A stretch of 56,044 bases of DNA from a virus (IMGVR_UViG_3300011114_001021:1-56044); one strand, 5' to 3'; counted from the stretch's first letter, positions 28,454 through 38,271 are shown. Notes: generated from the letters alone by a model not told the origin. Numbers and translations are program-made.

Positions 28454-28482
28454 AATATATCATAGGTTTGTCATAAGTAAAC
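28454..28482 (-). promoter_or_regulatory. early-type promoter of uvsX (leaderless)
   Basis: GTTTAC-17-TATATT, 6 nt before ATG. Confidence 0.7.
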
Positions 28483-28488
28483 AACCAA

Positions 28489-29691
28489 TTAAAAAAATGT
28501 TTCCAATGAAGAAGCTTGTCCAGAATCAATGCTTCTTCTAACATTATCTTGAATGAGGAAATCACCAGGGTAATTATCAAGTGGAAGCTTATTTTCTAGA
28601 AACGCCTTTACCATTCGAGCCGCATGTTCAGCCGTTGTAACTGGAACATTCTGGCAGATGTGATTGAAATTCCTCTTGGCATTATGAACCTGAAAGTCTA
28701 GGGGCATTTTCATGATCGAAAGACATTCACGAACCGTGAGGAATCGATCTTCTCGATGATGGGTAAGCATCGTTGGCATGTGACCGACAAAGGCTCCGAT
28801 GATATCACATGGCACCTCAATTTGCTTTCGCATGATGTTTCCGCCCAATCCTAATTTCAAGTGAATATCAGAACATCTTTTGGCGAGTTTGGGAAAGCCA
28901 TGGGCGTCCATCCATTTTCCAACTCGAAGATAGTCATGACCGGATGCGGCTTCGATTACTCGAAGAACATTGGCCGTCCGCGTTAGCGAAGAAGCAAATT
29001 TAGCATGCGACATGCCTCCATGAATTTCTTCGAGCACGTAACGGTAATAAGGATTGTCTGAAGGTGTTTTTTCATTGAGTGTAATGACCGACATTGGATC
29101 GGCATGATGTGCCAATTTGGCGCCATCGATAGTCTCTTCGATCCGTTCATGGCAACCAGGATTGCAAGATTCCAACGTTGGAATTTTATCTCCTTGCCAA
29201 AAGAAGTAGAAAGTTCGTTCACGAACCTGTGAAAGTCCATGGGTTAAAGATCTGGTTTTGAAGATTGAAAAGGCATAACCATTCTCTCGTCCGATCCGCC
29301 GCAGACGCTCCACAACGGGTTCTCCGAGCTTGGATGCCAGCCGTGGCGCATTCTCGCCATACATTACTCGTGGCTTCATGGAAGAGAGGACGTATTCCGC
29401 GGAACGGAACATCCATTCATTCATCGGAGAATTGCCCGCGGCGGATTGAGATAGTGCCGAAAGACCTGCGCACGGGCAAGTTGTCGAAACAACATCGACT
29501 GCATGAGGATGTTTACCACCTTCATCTAGCAAAATATAGGGTACCAGATTGTCATAGTAGTTTACCAGATGATAATCATGGGCTTTGAATGGCGAATATG
29601 ACAGAAGATAGTCTGGCGGCGTGTCGAATATATTTTGAGCGGCGAGTGTCATTCCGCCGATAAGAGGAACGATTGAGGCGTGTTTAATCAT
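28489..29691 (-). CDS. C5 cytosine DNA methyltransferase-like protein
   Basis: Catalytic PC in TCPCAGLS, ENAP, QVRERTF, R.LTVRE. Confidence 0.8.
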   Translation of the reverse strand: MIKHASIVPLIGGMTLAAQNIFDTPPDYLLSYSPFKAHDYHLVNYYDNLVPYILLDEGGKHPHAVDVVSTTCPCAGLSALSQSAAGNSPMNEWMFRSAEYVLSSMKPRVMYGENAPRLASKLGEPVVERLRRIGRENGYAFSIFKTRSLTHGLSQVRERTFYFFWQGDKIPTLESCNPGCHERIEETIDGAKLAHHADPMSVITLNEKTPSDNPYYRYVLEEIHGGMSHAKFASSLTRTANVLRVIEAASGHDYLRVGKWMDAHGFPKLAKRCSDIHLKLGLGGNIMRKQIEVPCDIIGAFVGHMPTMLTHHREDRFLTVRECLSIMKMPLDFQVHNAKRNFNHICQNVPVTTAEHAARMVKAFLENKLPLDNYPGDFLIQDNVRRSIDSGQASSLETFF

Positions 29692-30806
29692 ATAAAAAAT
29701 TCATCGAGGCCACCAGATATTTGAGTGGCTACTTCTAATTTATCCGATCTTTTTCTATCGGGGACCGGAAAATCTTGGGTGCCATTCCAATAAGGATAGA
29801 ACTCCCTGGAGAGGTGGATAGAATGAGGTTTCTCCATGAACTTAAAATCGAGCTCGCCCTTTCCATTCAAGAGATAGTCCGTCCAACGAATAAATTTAAT
29901 TCCACGCTCCTTCGAAAGCGCTTCTACATCCCGATTGAAAGTTCTACGAATAGCATCTCTCTCGTGCCATGAACCCCAGAATGGTTTGCCTTTGTAATAA
30001 CCAGTCTTTGGAAGCTTGCGCGATTCGTTTTCAAGCGGAAGCAATTCATAGATAGCCGTGTCTTTGATGGGTAACGCATCAACGGCCTGAACATATCGCT
30101 TGGCTAAAGTCGCGGCGTTTTCAAAGGCATCACCTTCCAATTGACAGAGATGATGACGTACGTCAATATTGCCAAAGTAGAATTCCGCGGAAGTTACTCT
30201 GTCGAAGGAGGTAAACTCTTCGATGAATGTATTAAGCCCCGTTGTCAATGCGCCATTCAGAGTCTTAAATGGAATGGAATTTACAGTCCATCCTGGGCGA
30301 TGCATGCAAATCGAATGGGAGTCTCCAATGACAATCCTATCCGTGATGTGTGGAAATCGAATCTTGGTACTTTCTCGGCGCATGCGCTCGAGATTTTTAA
30401 TGTCGACGTCGAGCCATTCGGCCTGAATCTCCTTCTTATTACTCGTCGCATTCTGAATGCGTTCTTCAATCATCTCATCGATCTTAGGAAAATCTATGCC
30501 TAAAGAATACACCTTGCCTTTAAATTTAGAAAAGTTTCGTATGTTCCAAGCATAGGGAAATGATTGAACACCTCCAAAGAGATTTAATGTTCCAGCCCAA
30601 TCTGAACCCCAATACACATATAGTACATCATATTCATTGTGATCTTGATGTGCCGTGCCCGCCCAATTGATATCGACGACGTCGTACTTTCCAGTCTGCC
30701 GAATCTGATCCGCATAGATGATGCCTTGGGCGGATCGATGGGATGCCAGACGAGGAACTATGGGGATGAAGGGTGCGACTACCAAAGCCTTAGATTTCTT
30801 ATTCAT
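29688..30806 (-). CDS. SGNH/GDSL-like protein in modification cluster
   Basis: IGDSH, FGNIDVRHH, SIHL motifs. Confidence 0.55.
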   Translation of the reverse strand: MNKKSKALVVAPFIPIVPRLASHRSAQGIIYADQIRQTGKYDVVDINWAGTAHQDHNEYDVLYVYWGSDWAGTLNLFGGVQSFPYAWNIRNFSKFKGKVYSLGIDFPKIDEMIEERIQNATSNKKEIQAEWLDVDIKNLERMRRESTKIRFPHITDRIVIGDSHSICMHRPGWTVNSIPFKTLNGALTTGLNTFIEEFTSFDRVTSAEFYFGNIDVRHHLCQLEGDAFENAATLAKRYVQAVDALPIKDTAIYELLPLENESRKLPKTGYYKGKPFWGSWHERDAIRRTFNRDVEALSKERGIKFIRWTDYLLNGKGELDFKFMEKPHSIHLSREFYPYWNGTQDFPVPDRKRSDKLEVATQISGGLDEFFI

Positions 30807-31121
30807 TCAATAACCTATTCCAAAGCCATCGCCAGAGCAAAAGTCACAATGGCCATTGCCATAGCCATAGCCATCGCCATGGCCATCGCCATCACCGGAG
30901 CCATCGCCAAAGCCATCGCCATAGCCATCGCCATCACCTGAGCCATCGCCAAAGCCATCGCCATAGCCATAGCCATAGCCCGAGCCATAGCCCGAGCCAT
31001 AGCCATAACAATAGCCATCGCCATTGCCATAGCCATCGCCATGCGAGTTCTGAGAATTTTCAAAGTTGACGGGGATTCTAGTTGGGCGAAAGACTCTAAA
31101 TTTTATTTCGCTATGCATCAT
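30807..31121 (-). CDS. Gly-Tyr/Asp repeat protein with 'FENSQNSHGDG' leader
   Basis: 104 aa; hexamer repeats at about 30820-31045. Confidence 0.7.
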   Translation of the reverse strand: MMHSEIKFRVFRPTRIPVNFENSQNSHGDGYGNGDGYCYGYGSGYGSGYGYGYGDGFGDGSGDGDGYGDGFGDGSGDGDGHGDGYGYGNGHCDFCSGDGFGIGY

Positions 31122-31122
31122 T

Positions 31123-31782
31123 TTAAGTTATCTTAAGTTTATACGGTTTTGAAATAATCACGGCCATAAAATCTTCGGAAATTCTAGATGTTGAACCGCG
31201 AATCGGCACTAGATTGATATACTGATCAACATATTTCCACATTTTTTCATACTCTTTTTTCGTCACAAAGCCCTTAAGCTTCTTACGATGTTTTGGAGCA
31301 ATGGGAATCTGAAATTCGTGCCGCAACCGTTTGCCGCCGTCATCATAAAATGCGGGAATATTTGCCGCATTATCAGATAGTGCTCCATCATACGCATTAG
31401 TGAAATGTTCCATGATTGGATTATCATCGATCGCGACATGCAATTGAATTTCTTTTCTTATTTGAAAAGCTTCATTAAATTTTGCCACCTCCGGATGATG
31501 GATTCCCATCGATCGGTTATCGATTTTGTCTCTGAGATATTTTTCAATCTCATTGCGATCATCATATGTCAGTATGGCAAATTTAGGATTGTGCTCAAGA
31601 CAGTAGCCAAACTGATTGATTCCCAAACGCGAATAGCACTCGAGTGCATTCTGAATCGTTTGTAATCCTTCTTTGCTAATTTTAATGTTAAACATTTTCA
31701 TAATTCGATATCCTTGCCCGGTGCCATAGCCATTGCCATCGCTATGCGAGTTCTGAGAATCTTCTTCTAAAAGCTTAAGCAT
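31123..31782 (-). CDS. hypothetical protein with N-terminal 'EEDSQNSHSDGNGYG' tag
   Basis: 219 aa; 43 bp at 31722-31764 identical to 145-187. Confidence 0.7.
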   Translation of the reverse strand: MLKLLEEDSQNSHSDGNGYGTGQGYRIMKMFNIKISKEGLQTIQNALECYSRLGINQFGYCLEHNPKFAILTYDDRNEIEKYLRDKIDNRSMGIHHPEVAKFNEAFQIRKEIQLHVAIDDNPIMEHFTNAYDGALSDNAANIPAFYDDGGKRLRHEFQIPIAPKHRKKLKGFVTKKEYEKMWKYVDQYINLVPIRGSTSRISEDFMAVIISKPYKLKIT

Positions 31783-31804
31783 AATGATATACTATACCCA
31801 TTTT

Positions 31805-32842
31805 TCAGGAAGTAAAATCTAATTCTGCACGATTGTAATTTTTATTCCAAAGATGCCGAGTCGTATGCCCATTCAATATGACTTTACCTTCAGGATGCTT
31901 GGCCAGATTAAAACAGTCGGGGAAGATCCAGTTGTAGGGGATGTGCCTGGTCGGCCGTTTTGTGCCGTGGGTGATCGCAATATGCTTAAAATTCATGCAT
32001 AATTTATCCTCTACATTGAGGAATCGCTGCCTCTGCATTGGATTGTCCGTGTGATTGCAGAAGTAATTCATCCACCTGAGCCAGTCAACGCACATTCGAT
32101 TCTTCGGAACGAATTCTCCATCCGCGTCGATTTCATACTTGCACTTGCCGTTATATTGTACACCGGTGTATTGAAGCATGCCATCGAAAAAACCTGTGCC
32201 TCCAAATAACACTGATTCCGGATCTACGAGGTACGGGCATGACATGGCCAAGTAACGCGCGGCGTTTTTGCATGGATAGAGAGGAGAACGAAATCTTTGT
32301 TCAGATTTGAAATATGCTTCAAGAATCTTGGCAAATCCCATCATCGAGTATCGTTTTCCATTCGTCAAGTGCCCCTTAAGCGCTCGCGCGGCCTGAAGCG
32401 GCCCACTCAGAAGCCATTCTTTAACGTCGGTTCCTTTTGGATAGTAAATTTGAAAGAGATCTGATCGAGCATGGCGATTTGTTTTAAAATGCTCTCGCGT
32501 AGCATCAGCACCTTTGTCCATGAGATGCATCAACGTCCCCCAATGTTCATTGGTAAATGAAAAAACAAGGGCGTAATACAACCTCTCTTCCGCATCCGTA
32601 ATCATCGACATCAAGTCAATGAAGGGATGTTCATCCCAATGAAGGCGATGGGAGAAGATCTGGAATTCATCATGAAGCAACGTATCTTCGCGCAGATCAA
32701 ATTTACCACAGAATTCAAAGAACTTCGCTTCGCGTTCATCCTGCGTCCAAGCATGCATCCACGAAAGAACCGGTTTCTTGTTGACGATTTGAATGGTTCG
32801 ATCTGTATTTGGATATTCAATATTGTTGTTCGAAGAGCTCAT
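31805..32842 (-). CDS. helical (aGPT-Pplase/HhH-like) DNA base-modification protein
   Basis: FFEF...D.LL, C-terminal EDKLC..FK; context in modification cluster; start reassigned to MSSSNN. Confidence 0.5.
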   Translation of the reverse strand: MSSSNNNIEYPNTDRTIQIVNKKPVLSWMHAWTQDEREAKFFEFCGKFDLREDTLLHDEFQIFSHRLHWDEHPFIDLMSMITDAEERLYYALVFSFTNEHWGTLMHLMDKGADATREHFKTNRHARSDLFQIYYPKGTDVKEWLLSGPLQAARALKGHLTNGKRYSMMGFAKILEAYFKSEQRFRSPLYPCKNAARYLAMSCPYLVDPESVLFGGTGFFDGMLQYTGVQYNGKCKYEIDADGEFVPKNRMCVDWLRWMNYFCNHTDNPMQRQRFLNVEDKLCMNFKHIAITHGTKRPTRHIPYNWIFPDCFNLAKHPEGKVILNGHTTRHLWNKNYNRAELDFTS

Positions 32843-32845
32843 AAT

Positions 32846-32853
32846 TATAAATA
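32846..32853 (+). promoter_or_regulatory. late promoter TATAAATA driving HNH gene
   Basis: Exact match on plus strand, 60 nt upstream of the HNH ORF. Confidence 0.65.
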
Positions 32854-32912
32854 GAAATGCTGATCGCGGTACGTCAATACCCACCAGCTCTACAATAACC
32901 AATTAAGCTATT

Positions 32913-33455
32913 ATGCAGCATAAAATTATTTATCATAAGCATCACATTATCCCTCGTCATATGGGAGGAACAGATGATGCGTCCAATATCATAAACCTCA
33001 CTATTGAAGAACATGCCAATGCACATAAACTTCTATATGAGAAATATGGAAAAATTGAAGATCGTTTAGCATGGCAAGGTCTTAGTGGTATGATTAGCAA
33101 AGATGATATTATTCTACAGTTAATGATTGAAAATGGTCGACGAAGCGGATTGGCATGCAAAGGAAAACCTCTTAGTGATAGAAGGAAAATCCATCTAAGA
33201 TTGGTTAATCTTGGAAAACGCCAATCCGAAGAGACTCGTAACAAAAAAAGAAAACATCTATCTAAGCGATCAGCCCAATTTCGAAATAGAATTAGAGAAA
33301 TTAGAAAATATACGGACAATTGCTGTAAAGGTGTTATAGCATACAAAATCCAATATCGCTCTATTAGAGCTGCCGCTAAAGCGATAGGATACTCCCATTC
33401 AAGTGTTCGAATGTATTGTCTAGATCCGAATAATAACGATTTCAATTTTGTTTGA
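32913..33455 (+). CDS. free-standing HNH homing endonuclease with NUMOD3-like tail
   Basis: HKHHIIPRHMGG.D..SNI..LT.EEH..AH; GKRQSEETRNK; only convincing plus-strand gene. Confidence 0.85.
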   Translation: MQHKIIYHKHHIIPRHMGGTDDASNIINLTIEEHANAHKLLYEKYGKIEDRLAWQGLSGMISKDDIILQLMIENGRRSGLACKGKPLSDRRKIHLRLVNLGKRQSEETRNKKRKHLSKRSAQFRNRIREIRKYTDNCCKGVIAYKIQYRSIRAAAKAIGYSHSSVRMYCLDPNNNDFNFV

Positions 33456-34328
33456 TATCCTTTTTCCAAGGACGCCAAGAGTCGGTTCGAGTAACAATTG
33501 ACATATCATGAGGTGTAACGTCCCGCCCAACATTCCACATCAGCCGACGCTTCTTTCCATCTTTGGGAATCACTTTCCACACTTTGGCATCGTAAGTTGC
33601 CACGGTCGGAAACGGAGGCATGTCTTCCTCTCTGGCAGCTTGGGCAAATTCTAGCGGTTCAGAAATAACCTTCGCTCGTCCTAATTCGCCGGCTTGCAGA
33701 TTTCGCGCTACGGCGATACATGTAAACTCGGCATTAGGCCAAGCGATCTGCAAAGCTCGCGCAAGCACACCGGTTGAAATTGCCACGTACACTTCATCGG
33801 GTTCAGGAATTTTCGAAGCCACATGAATGATCGCGGCCGTCGTCAGTTCATGTTTCAAGCCAAGAGGAATGAAGTATGCGCCATTCTTAGATGCCCATTC
33901 TCTGGCCCACTTATTTAAATTTGGCATCGCGGCGATTCGTTCGAAGATTGGTCGTGCCCCTCGTTCAATGCAGCATGCCTGATGAAGGGAAATCTCTTTG
34001 GATGCTGGCATGAAAAGAACAACTTGCTTGCCACTATGCCTCTTCACAACATCACAGAGAGAAACTCCGGCCAGTCCTACACGAGGCTGACAATAGACGA
34101 GTGTTTGATTTGGAATCTTTGAGCAGAGTAAATCGCCGGCGCGAGCTTTGGTTCCTACAAATCGTCGCGAACGACATCAACTCCATCATGATGAATTACC
34201 ATGGGATCTGGATTATACGGAGTCCAACCTTCACAGAGACTGAGGTAATAATCCCGCGCTTCTAGGAGTCCCATTCCCATGGGAAGATCTTTGTTATTTC
34301 CATCTATGATGTGTGTATCGTGGCTCAT
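33442..34328 (-). pseudogene. PLP-dependent enzyme (fold type II), split by frameshift near 34157
   Basis: 57-aa N-terminal ORF ending VVRDDL*, continuing in the -1 frame as VGTKARAGDLL...YCQPRVGLAG...STG...YDAK.W...WNV. Confidence 0.75.
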
Positions 34329-34436
34329 AGAATTATTTAGTCCCGAATAATTTTTCCCAACATGCTTTGCACATTCTAATAAGAGGAGCTATTTCAACTC
34401 CACAGAATAAACACATCCTCGATTTCTCAATCTTTT

Positions 34437-35639
34437 TCATTTGTAAATTTCAGGATCGATCCAGTCAGAATAGTCCGGATGCGTTTTGACGAGCTTGACA
34501 TATGCGGCTGGAGTTAAATTATTTGCTTTGATAACCTCATCGTAGTAGAAATTTTGATTCGAATCATTGAAGGTTTTTACGAGTCCTAGATCGAGCATCG
34601 CTCGATGTCTTCCAAATGGATGGATGATCTTCGAGGAATTGAATATCTTATCGCGGTCAAGGTGATTATATGCTTCTCCCATTCGAACATAGTTTGTCGC
34701 GTACCTGATGTAGTCACAGGCAACATCTTCAAGGTTATATGGAACTTCTCCAGTATCGAGACATGCCATTTCCATTACACAATCAAGGAATTCATTCGTC
34801 TTCATTTTCTCGGCCGGTTTAGCTAAGTAAGAAATACATTGCTCGGCATTTGAACCATAGAAGAACATTGAATCGCGCACGACATACTGAGGAAACCAAT
34901 CGGCGATATCTGCTACAATGGCTGCATATTGAAAGTGATATTGTCGAAGACCATTCTGAACATTCCAGTCAAGCATGAACTTGCCTACTTCTCGCAGTGT
35001 TCTTTTTTCCTTTGAGGCATTCAACCAAGCAAATAAATCCTTGGCCAGTCGAGGAGCATATTCGGAGAGGTAATAATCGCCTCCGCGCTTATATCTGGAT
35101 GGCGGCTTGGGAAATGCTGGAAATTGATATCCAACAGACGTGTAGAACGTGCCCTGTTCGTTCCGAACCATTTCGACCATCCGATCTATAGAGTTGGCTC
35201 GATGGAGCTTCAGAAGGAGCGTATTGTGATAACCAGAGGGCTTCTGTGCGTAATTGATACCAGATCCACATACTCTGTGGAGAATGAAAATGTAAAACCA
35301 TTCGGATGGATAAAACTCCGAAGTTTTTCCAGTCCAATTGTGGGCTACCTCATCACGCTGAGATGTAATCTTACCGGCCTTCATCTTCTCCCAGTATGGA
35401 TGTTCCGGAGTCCACCCATAGAAAACATCATTTACGATCTGGGAAAATCCTGCATACTTACGTTCGACTACATCGTAAAGCTCAACATTCTCCATCAAAT
35501 CATCTCCCATCTTTGAATCTGTGTGGAGAGTCATGCCGTAGGGAGGATTCTTCGAAGTATTGCAAAGATCTTGCTGCTTCTTAGCCAGATTGTAATATCG
35601 AAGAAAGTCTGAGTAGTATGGAGTTGGTGTGATCTTCAT
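34437..35639 (-). CDS. helical (aGPT-Pplase/HhH-like) DNA base-modification protein
   Basis: LYDVVERKYAGF, HRVCGSG, C-terminal EDVACDY; context. Confidence 0.5.
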   Translation of the reverse strand: MKITPTPYYSDFLRYYNLAKKQQDLCNTSKNPPYGMTLHTDSKMGDDLMENVELYDVVERKYAGFSQIVNDVFYGWTPEHPYWEKMKAGKITSQRDEVAHNWTGKTSEFYPSEWFYIFILHRVCGSGINYAQKPSGYHNTLLLKLHRANSIDRMVEMVRNEQGTFYTSVGYQFPAFPKPPSRYKRGGDYYLSEYAPRLAKDLFAWLNASKEKRTLREVGKFMLDWNVQNGLRQYHFQYAAIVADIADWFPQYVVRDSMFFYGSNAEQCISYLAKPAEKMKTNEFLDCVMEMACLDTGEVPYNLEDVACDYIRYATNYVRMGEAYNHLDRDKIFNSSKIIHPFGRHRAMLDLGLVKTFNDSNQNFYYDEVIKANNLTPAAYVKLVKTHPDYSDWIDPEIYK

Positions 35640-36088
35640 GCTAAAATTTCATCATATTGAATACCCACCTCATTGAAAAGATTGCGCGTAAACTGACATG
35701 ATTCTTTCCATCGTTCCGGAACGTTCTGAATGGGAATGACAACTCGTCTGATGCCAACTTGAATGATACCCTTGGCGCACTCTCCACATATTGGAAGTCC
35801 GATAACATAGAGAGTTGCACCTTTCAAAGAAATGCCATGAATCGTTGCATTGTAAATAGCATTCATTTCCGCATGAATCATGAATTTGTACTTCATATCT
35901 CGATCATCGAGCCGTTCAGATAATTCATCGATGCCACGTGGAAATCCATTATACCCAGTCGCTAGGATTTTTCGATCGTAGACGGCGATAGCACTCGTGC
36001 GAGTGGATGGATCTTTTGACCATGATGCAATTTCCTTGGCCAGGCAAAGAAATCGAACGTCCCATTTATTATCCGGAGGTATGTTCAT
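35636..36088 (-). CDS. dCMP deaminase
   Basis: SKDPST, TGYNG, HAEMNA, PICGECAK. Confidence 0.92.
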   Translation of the reverse strand: MNIPPDNKWDVRFLCLAKEIASWSKDPSTRTSAIAVYDRKILATGYNGFPRGIDELSERLDDRDMKYKFMIHAEMNAIYNATIHGISLKGATLYVIGLPICGECAKGIIQVGIRRVVIPIQNVPERWKESCQFTRNLFNEVGIQYDEILA

Positions 36089-36776
36089 GGTCGAAAAATT
36101 TCTGGATTAAGTGATAATGTTTCGAATAGATGTGCAGTGAACCCACATTCCAATAGATATTGCCCAATTCAACTCGATCAGATTCCAACACCAGAGAATT
36201 GTAATCATCTATCAAATCATTTAGAACGTGATAAGCCCAGGCTCGATCATTTTTATATCCATAGACCAGATCATTGCTCCTCATCGAAACGGATGCATGC
36301 ATTTTTCCATCTCGAATTAAATATTGAACGGCATTGGTGCACATGAAATCTGACATGCCATCCCGACAGAAATCAGACTGCATCTCCGGACGAGTGTAGA
36401 TCATGCTCGCTCTTCGAGTATTTCTATCATTTAAAAGTGCTTCAAGGCAATGATTATACTGATATCCATTCGACTCTGACCACACACACCAGCCGTAATT
36501 CGAATTGATCAACCCACCTTTCGAAGCAACATCTTTCCAGATTTTCGGAACTGTTCCCGGAATATCACTGATAGACAAAGATTGCGATTTATACCACGCA
36601 ATCTCGCGATCGATGTAGTTCATATCTGGATCGCCAAAGATAGAATTCTCATCGGCGATAAATGAAGCATTGATAATTTCCAGAACCGTTCCACCACCTT
36701 TATCATCGATCGAATTACCATACCGCAAAAGTTTTAAAAACTCAAGCCGAATGTCATTAACAAAATTCATATTCAA
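36069..36776 (-). CDS. thymidylate synthase-family dCMP hydroxymethylase (T4 gp42-type)
   Basis: NSNYGW, DFMCTNAVQY, MRSNDLVYGYKND (Asp at the dCMP-specificity position), GSLHIY. Confidence 0.8.
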   Translation of the reverse strand: MNMNFVNDIRLEFLKLLRYGNSIDDKGGGTVLEIINASFIADENSIFGDPDMNYIDREIAWYKSQSLSISDIPGTVPKIWKDVASKGGLINSNYGWCVWSESNGYQYNHCLEALLNDRNTRRASMIYTRPEMQSDFCRDGMSDFMCTNAVQYLIRDGKMHASVSMRSNDLVYGYKNDRAWAYHVLNDLIDDYNSLVLESDRVELGNIYWNVGSLHIYSKHYHLIQKFFDHEHTSG

Positions 36777-37198
36777 TGATTGTTGCCACGCTTTGGACGA
36801 TTGAGGAAGTCATGATTTAGATTCTGACCATCCATCTTTTTACGGCACCATGCAACAATAAAAGAATAGTAGTTAATGGCGTCTTTTGCCGAATCTTCAA
36901 TCGATTCAAAATTTGGCTTATACTCAGGATCGTGGACCATTGCAGCGATGACGGATTCCATTCGAAGCTTCTTGGCATGAATCAGGTCCATGATAGTTCC
37001 AACGCCATTCGGATAATAGTCGGCCTGTTTAATTTTCGAATGATCATTTTGATAATCGATAGATTTACGTTGCTGTAACGCAATACATTCGCCGAGAACT
37101 TTGACCGATTCGGATTCTTCATTTACCAAGTCGCGAGGCTTTGCAAAGTTAGCCAGTATTTTAGATTCTATAGAGATGCCAGGCAGTTTATATTTCAT
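36773..37198 (-). CDS. nucleotide modification associated domain 1 (DUF1599-like)
   Basis: KSIDY...K.LR...ESIEDSA.D.INY. Confidence 0.7.
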   Translation of the reverse strand: MKYKLPGISIESKILANFAKPRDLVNEESESVKVLGECIALQQRKSIDYQNDHSKIKQADYYPNGVGTIMDLIHAKKLRMESVIAAMVHDPEYKPNFESIEDSAKDAINYYSFIVAWCRKKMDGQNLNHDFLNRPKRGNNH

Positions 37199-37295
37199 AT
37201 TCCATTAAATATACAGAGAATTGAGGTAGTTGTAAATCCTTTAATTTCAAATGAGTTACTTATTTTACAAATATTCGAGATGATGAAAAGCCTGA

Positions 37296-37856
37296 TTAGA
37301 ATATCTTCAGGAATCGTTCAATCCTCCAGAGAGGAAACTTAGATCCGAATCGGCGAATCTGGCGAAAAATGAAGTCGATCGTGTTATTATATGGATTCCA
37401 CAAATATCGCGAGTGCCACGTCTTTTGAAAGGCCAGATATGCATCGAGCTTGTGTTCCTGTTCCAGGCGAATTTTTTTAGATTCCGTGTTATCCGTCGCT
37501 TGAAATTTAGCTAGGCGGATCGATTTAACATTTCCACCGACGACTTTGGCGACAAATTCAATCCAGTAATCGAATCGATTTTCTGGCATTTCCTGAGATG
37601 AAATGAATTCGTAGAAGTGAATATCGCCGAAAAATTCGTCCATTTCACACGTAAAATCTTTATTGAACACGTCATCGTGCTCTAATATAATTCTAAGTTT
37701 TTTATCGTTGCCAATAGAATAATGATTGAGCGCCGACGCTAGACTCTTAGTCTGATATACCCGCGAATTGAAATTTACATCTTTCAATTCCATCGGATCT
37801 TTAATCTTTGGAAATTTGACTTTAGTTTCACAGATCAGTGTATCGTACATGCCCAT
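37296..37856 (-). CDS. hypothetical protein
   Basis: MGMYD..C, YQTKSL motif. Confidence 0.7.
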   Translation of the reverse strand: MGMYDTLICETKVKFPKIKDPMELKDVNFNSRVYQTKSLASALNHYSIGNDKKLRIILEHDDVFNKDFTCEMDEFFGDIHFYEFISSQEMPENRFDYWIEFVAKVVGGNVKSIRLAKFQATDNTESKKIRLEQEHKLDAYLAFQKTWHSRYLWNPYNNTIDFIFRQIRRFGSKFPLWRIERFLKIF

Positions 37857-37910
37857 ATATTTTTATAGTTAAGTTGTGTGTTTGGAAAGTGTGTTTACTA
37901 TTATTTGCTA

Positions 37911-38150
37911 TCATACTGATCGGCAACACCCATCGCAACCGTGCACGGTCAGATATTCATGGCCTATTTTGATTAGATAGGCCACATCATCTGGATCTGG
38001 ATGACCGATGCCATGTGGACAAATGCGTTCCATGACTCCCTTATCGGCGCGCCAGTTTTGTGGCCAAGTCTTCATGTGATGGTCTGATGGATTGTGAATG
38101 CAACAATGCTGACCACTACATTGCGTCTCAGAGTGTGTTTTCAATATCAT
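37911..38150 (-). CDS. Cys/His-rich hypothetical protein
   Basis: CCIHNPSDHHM, ERICPHGIGHPDPD, HGCDGCC. Confidence 0.75.
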   Translation of the reverse strand: MILKTHSETQCSGQHCCIHNPSDHHMKTWPQNWRADKGVMERICPHGIGHPDPDDVAYLIKIGHEYLTVHGCDGCCRSV

Positions 38151-38192
38151 AATGTTAATTGCGGGTAGCTCGGCTAAAAAATTATCCTAAAG

Positions 38193-38267
38193 TGGAGCCA
38201 GTTGTCGGGATCGAACCGACGACCTACGGTTTACAAAACCGTTGCTCTACCACTGAGCTAAACTGGC
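38193..38267 (-). tRNA. tRNA-Thr(UGU)
   Basis: Cloverleaf; ACGGT-TTTGTAA-ACCGT; GGTTCGATCC; encoded CCA. Confidence 0.95.
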
Positions 38268-38271
38268 AAAT

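Noticed and set aside
30639-31063. MAMAMA / AIAIA repeat ORFs
   Set aside because: Alternative frames of the hexamer repeat; only the Gly frame carries the conserved leader
32957-33478. 173-aa minus-strand ORF as continuation of the PLP gene
   Set aside because: Antisense to a clear HNH gene and has no motifs
34155-34157. TAG read-through or alternative genetic code
   Set aside because: The conserved protein continues in a different frame, TAG ends other genes normally, and no suppressor tRNA is present
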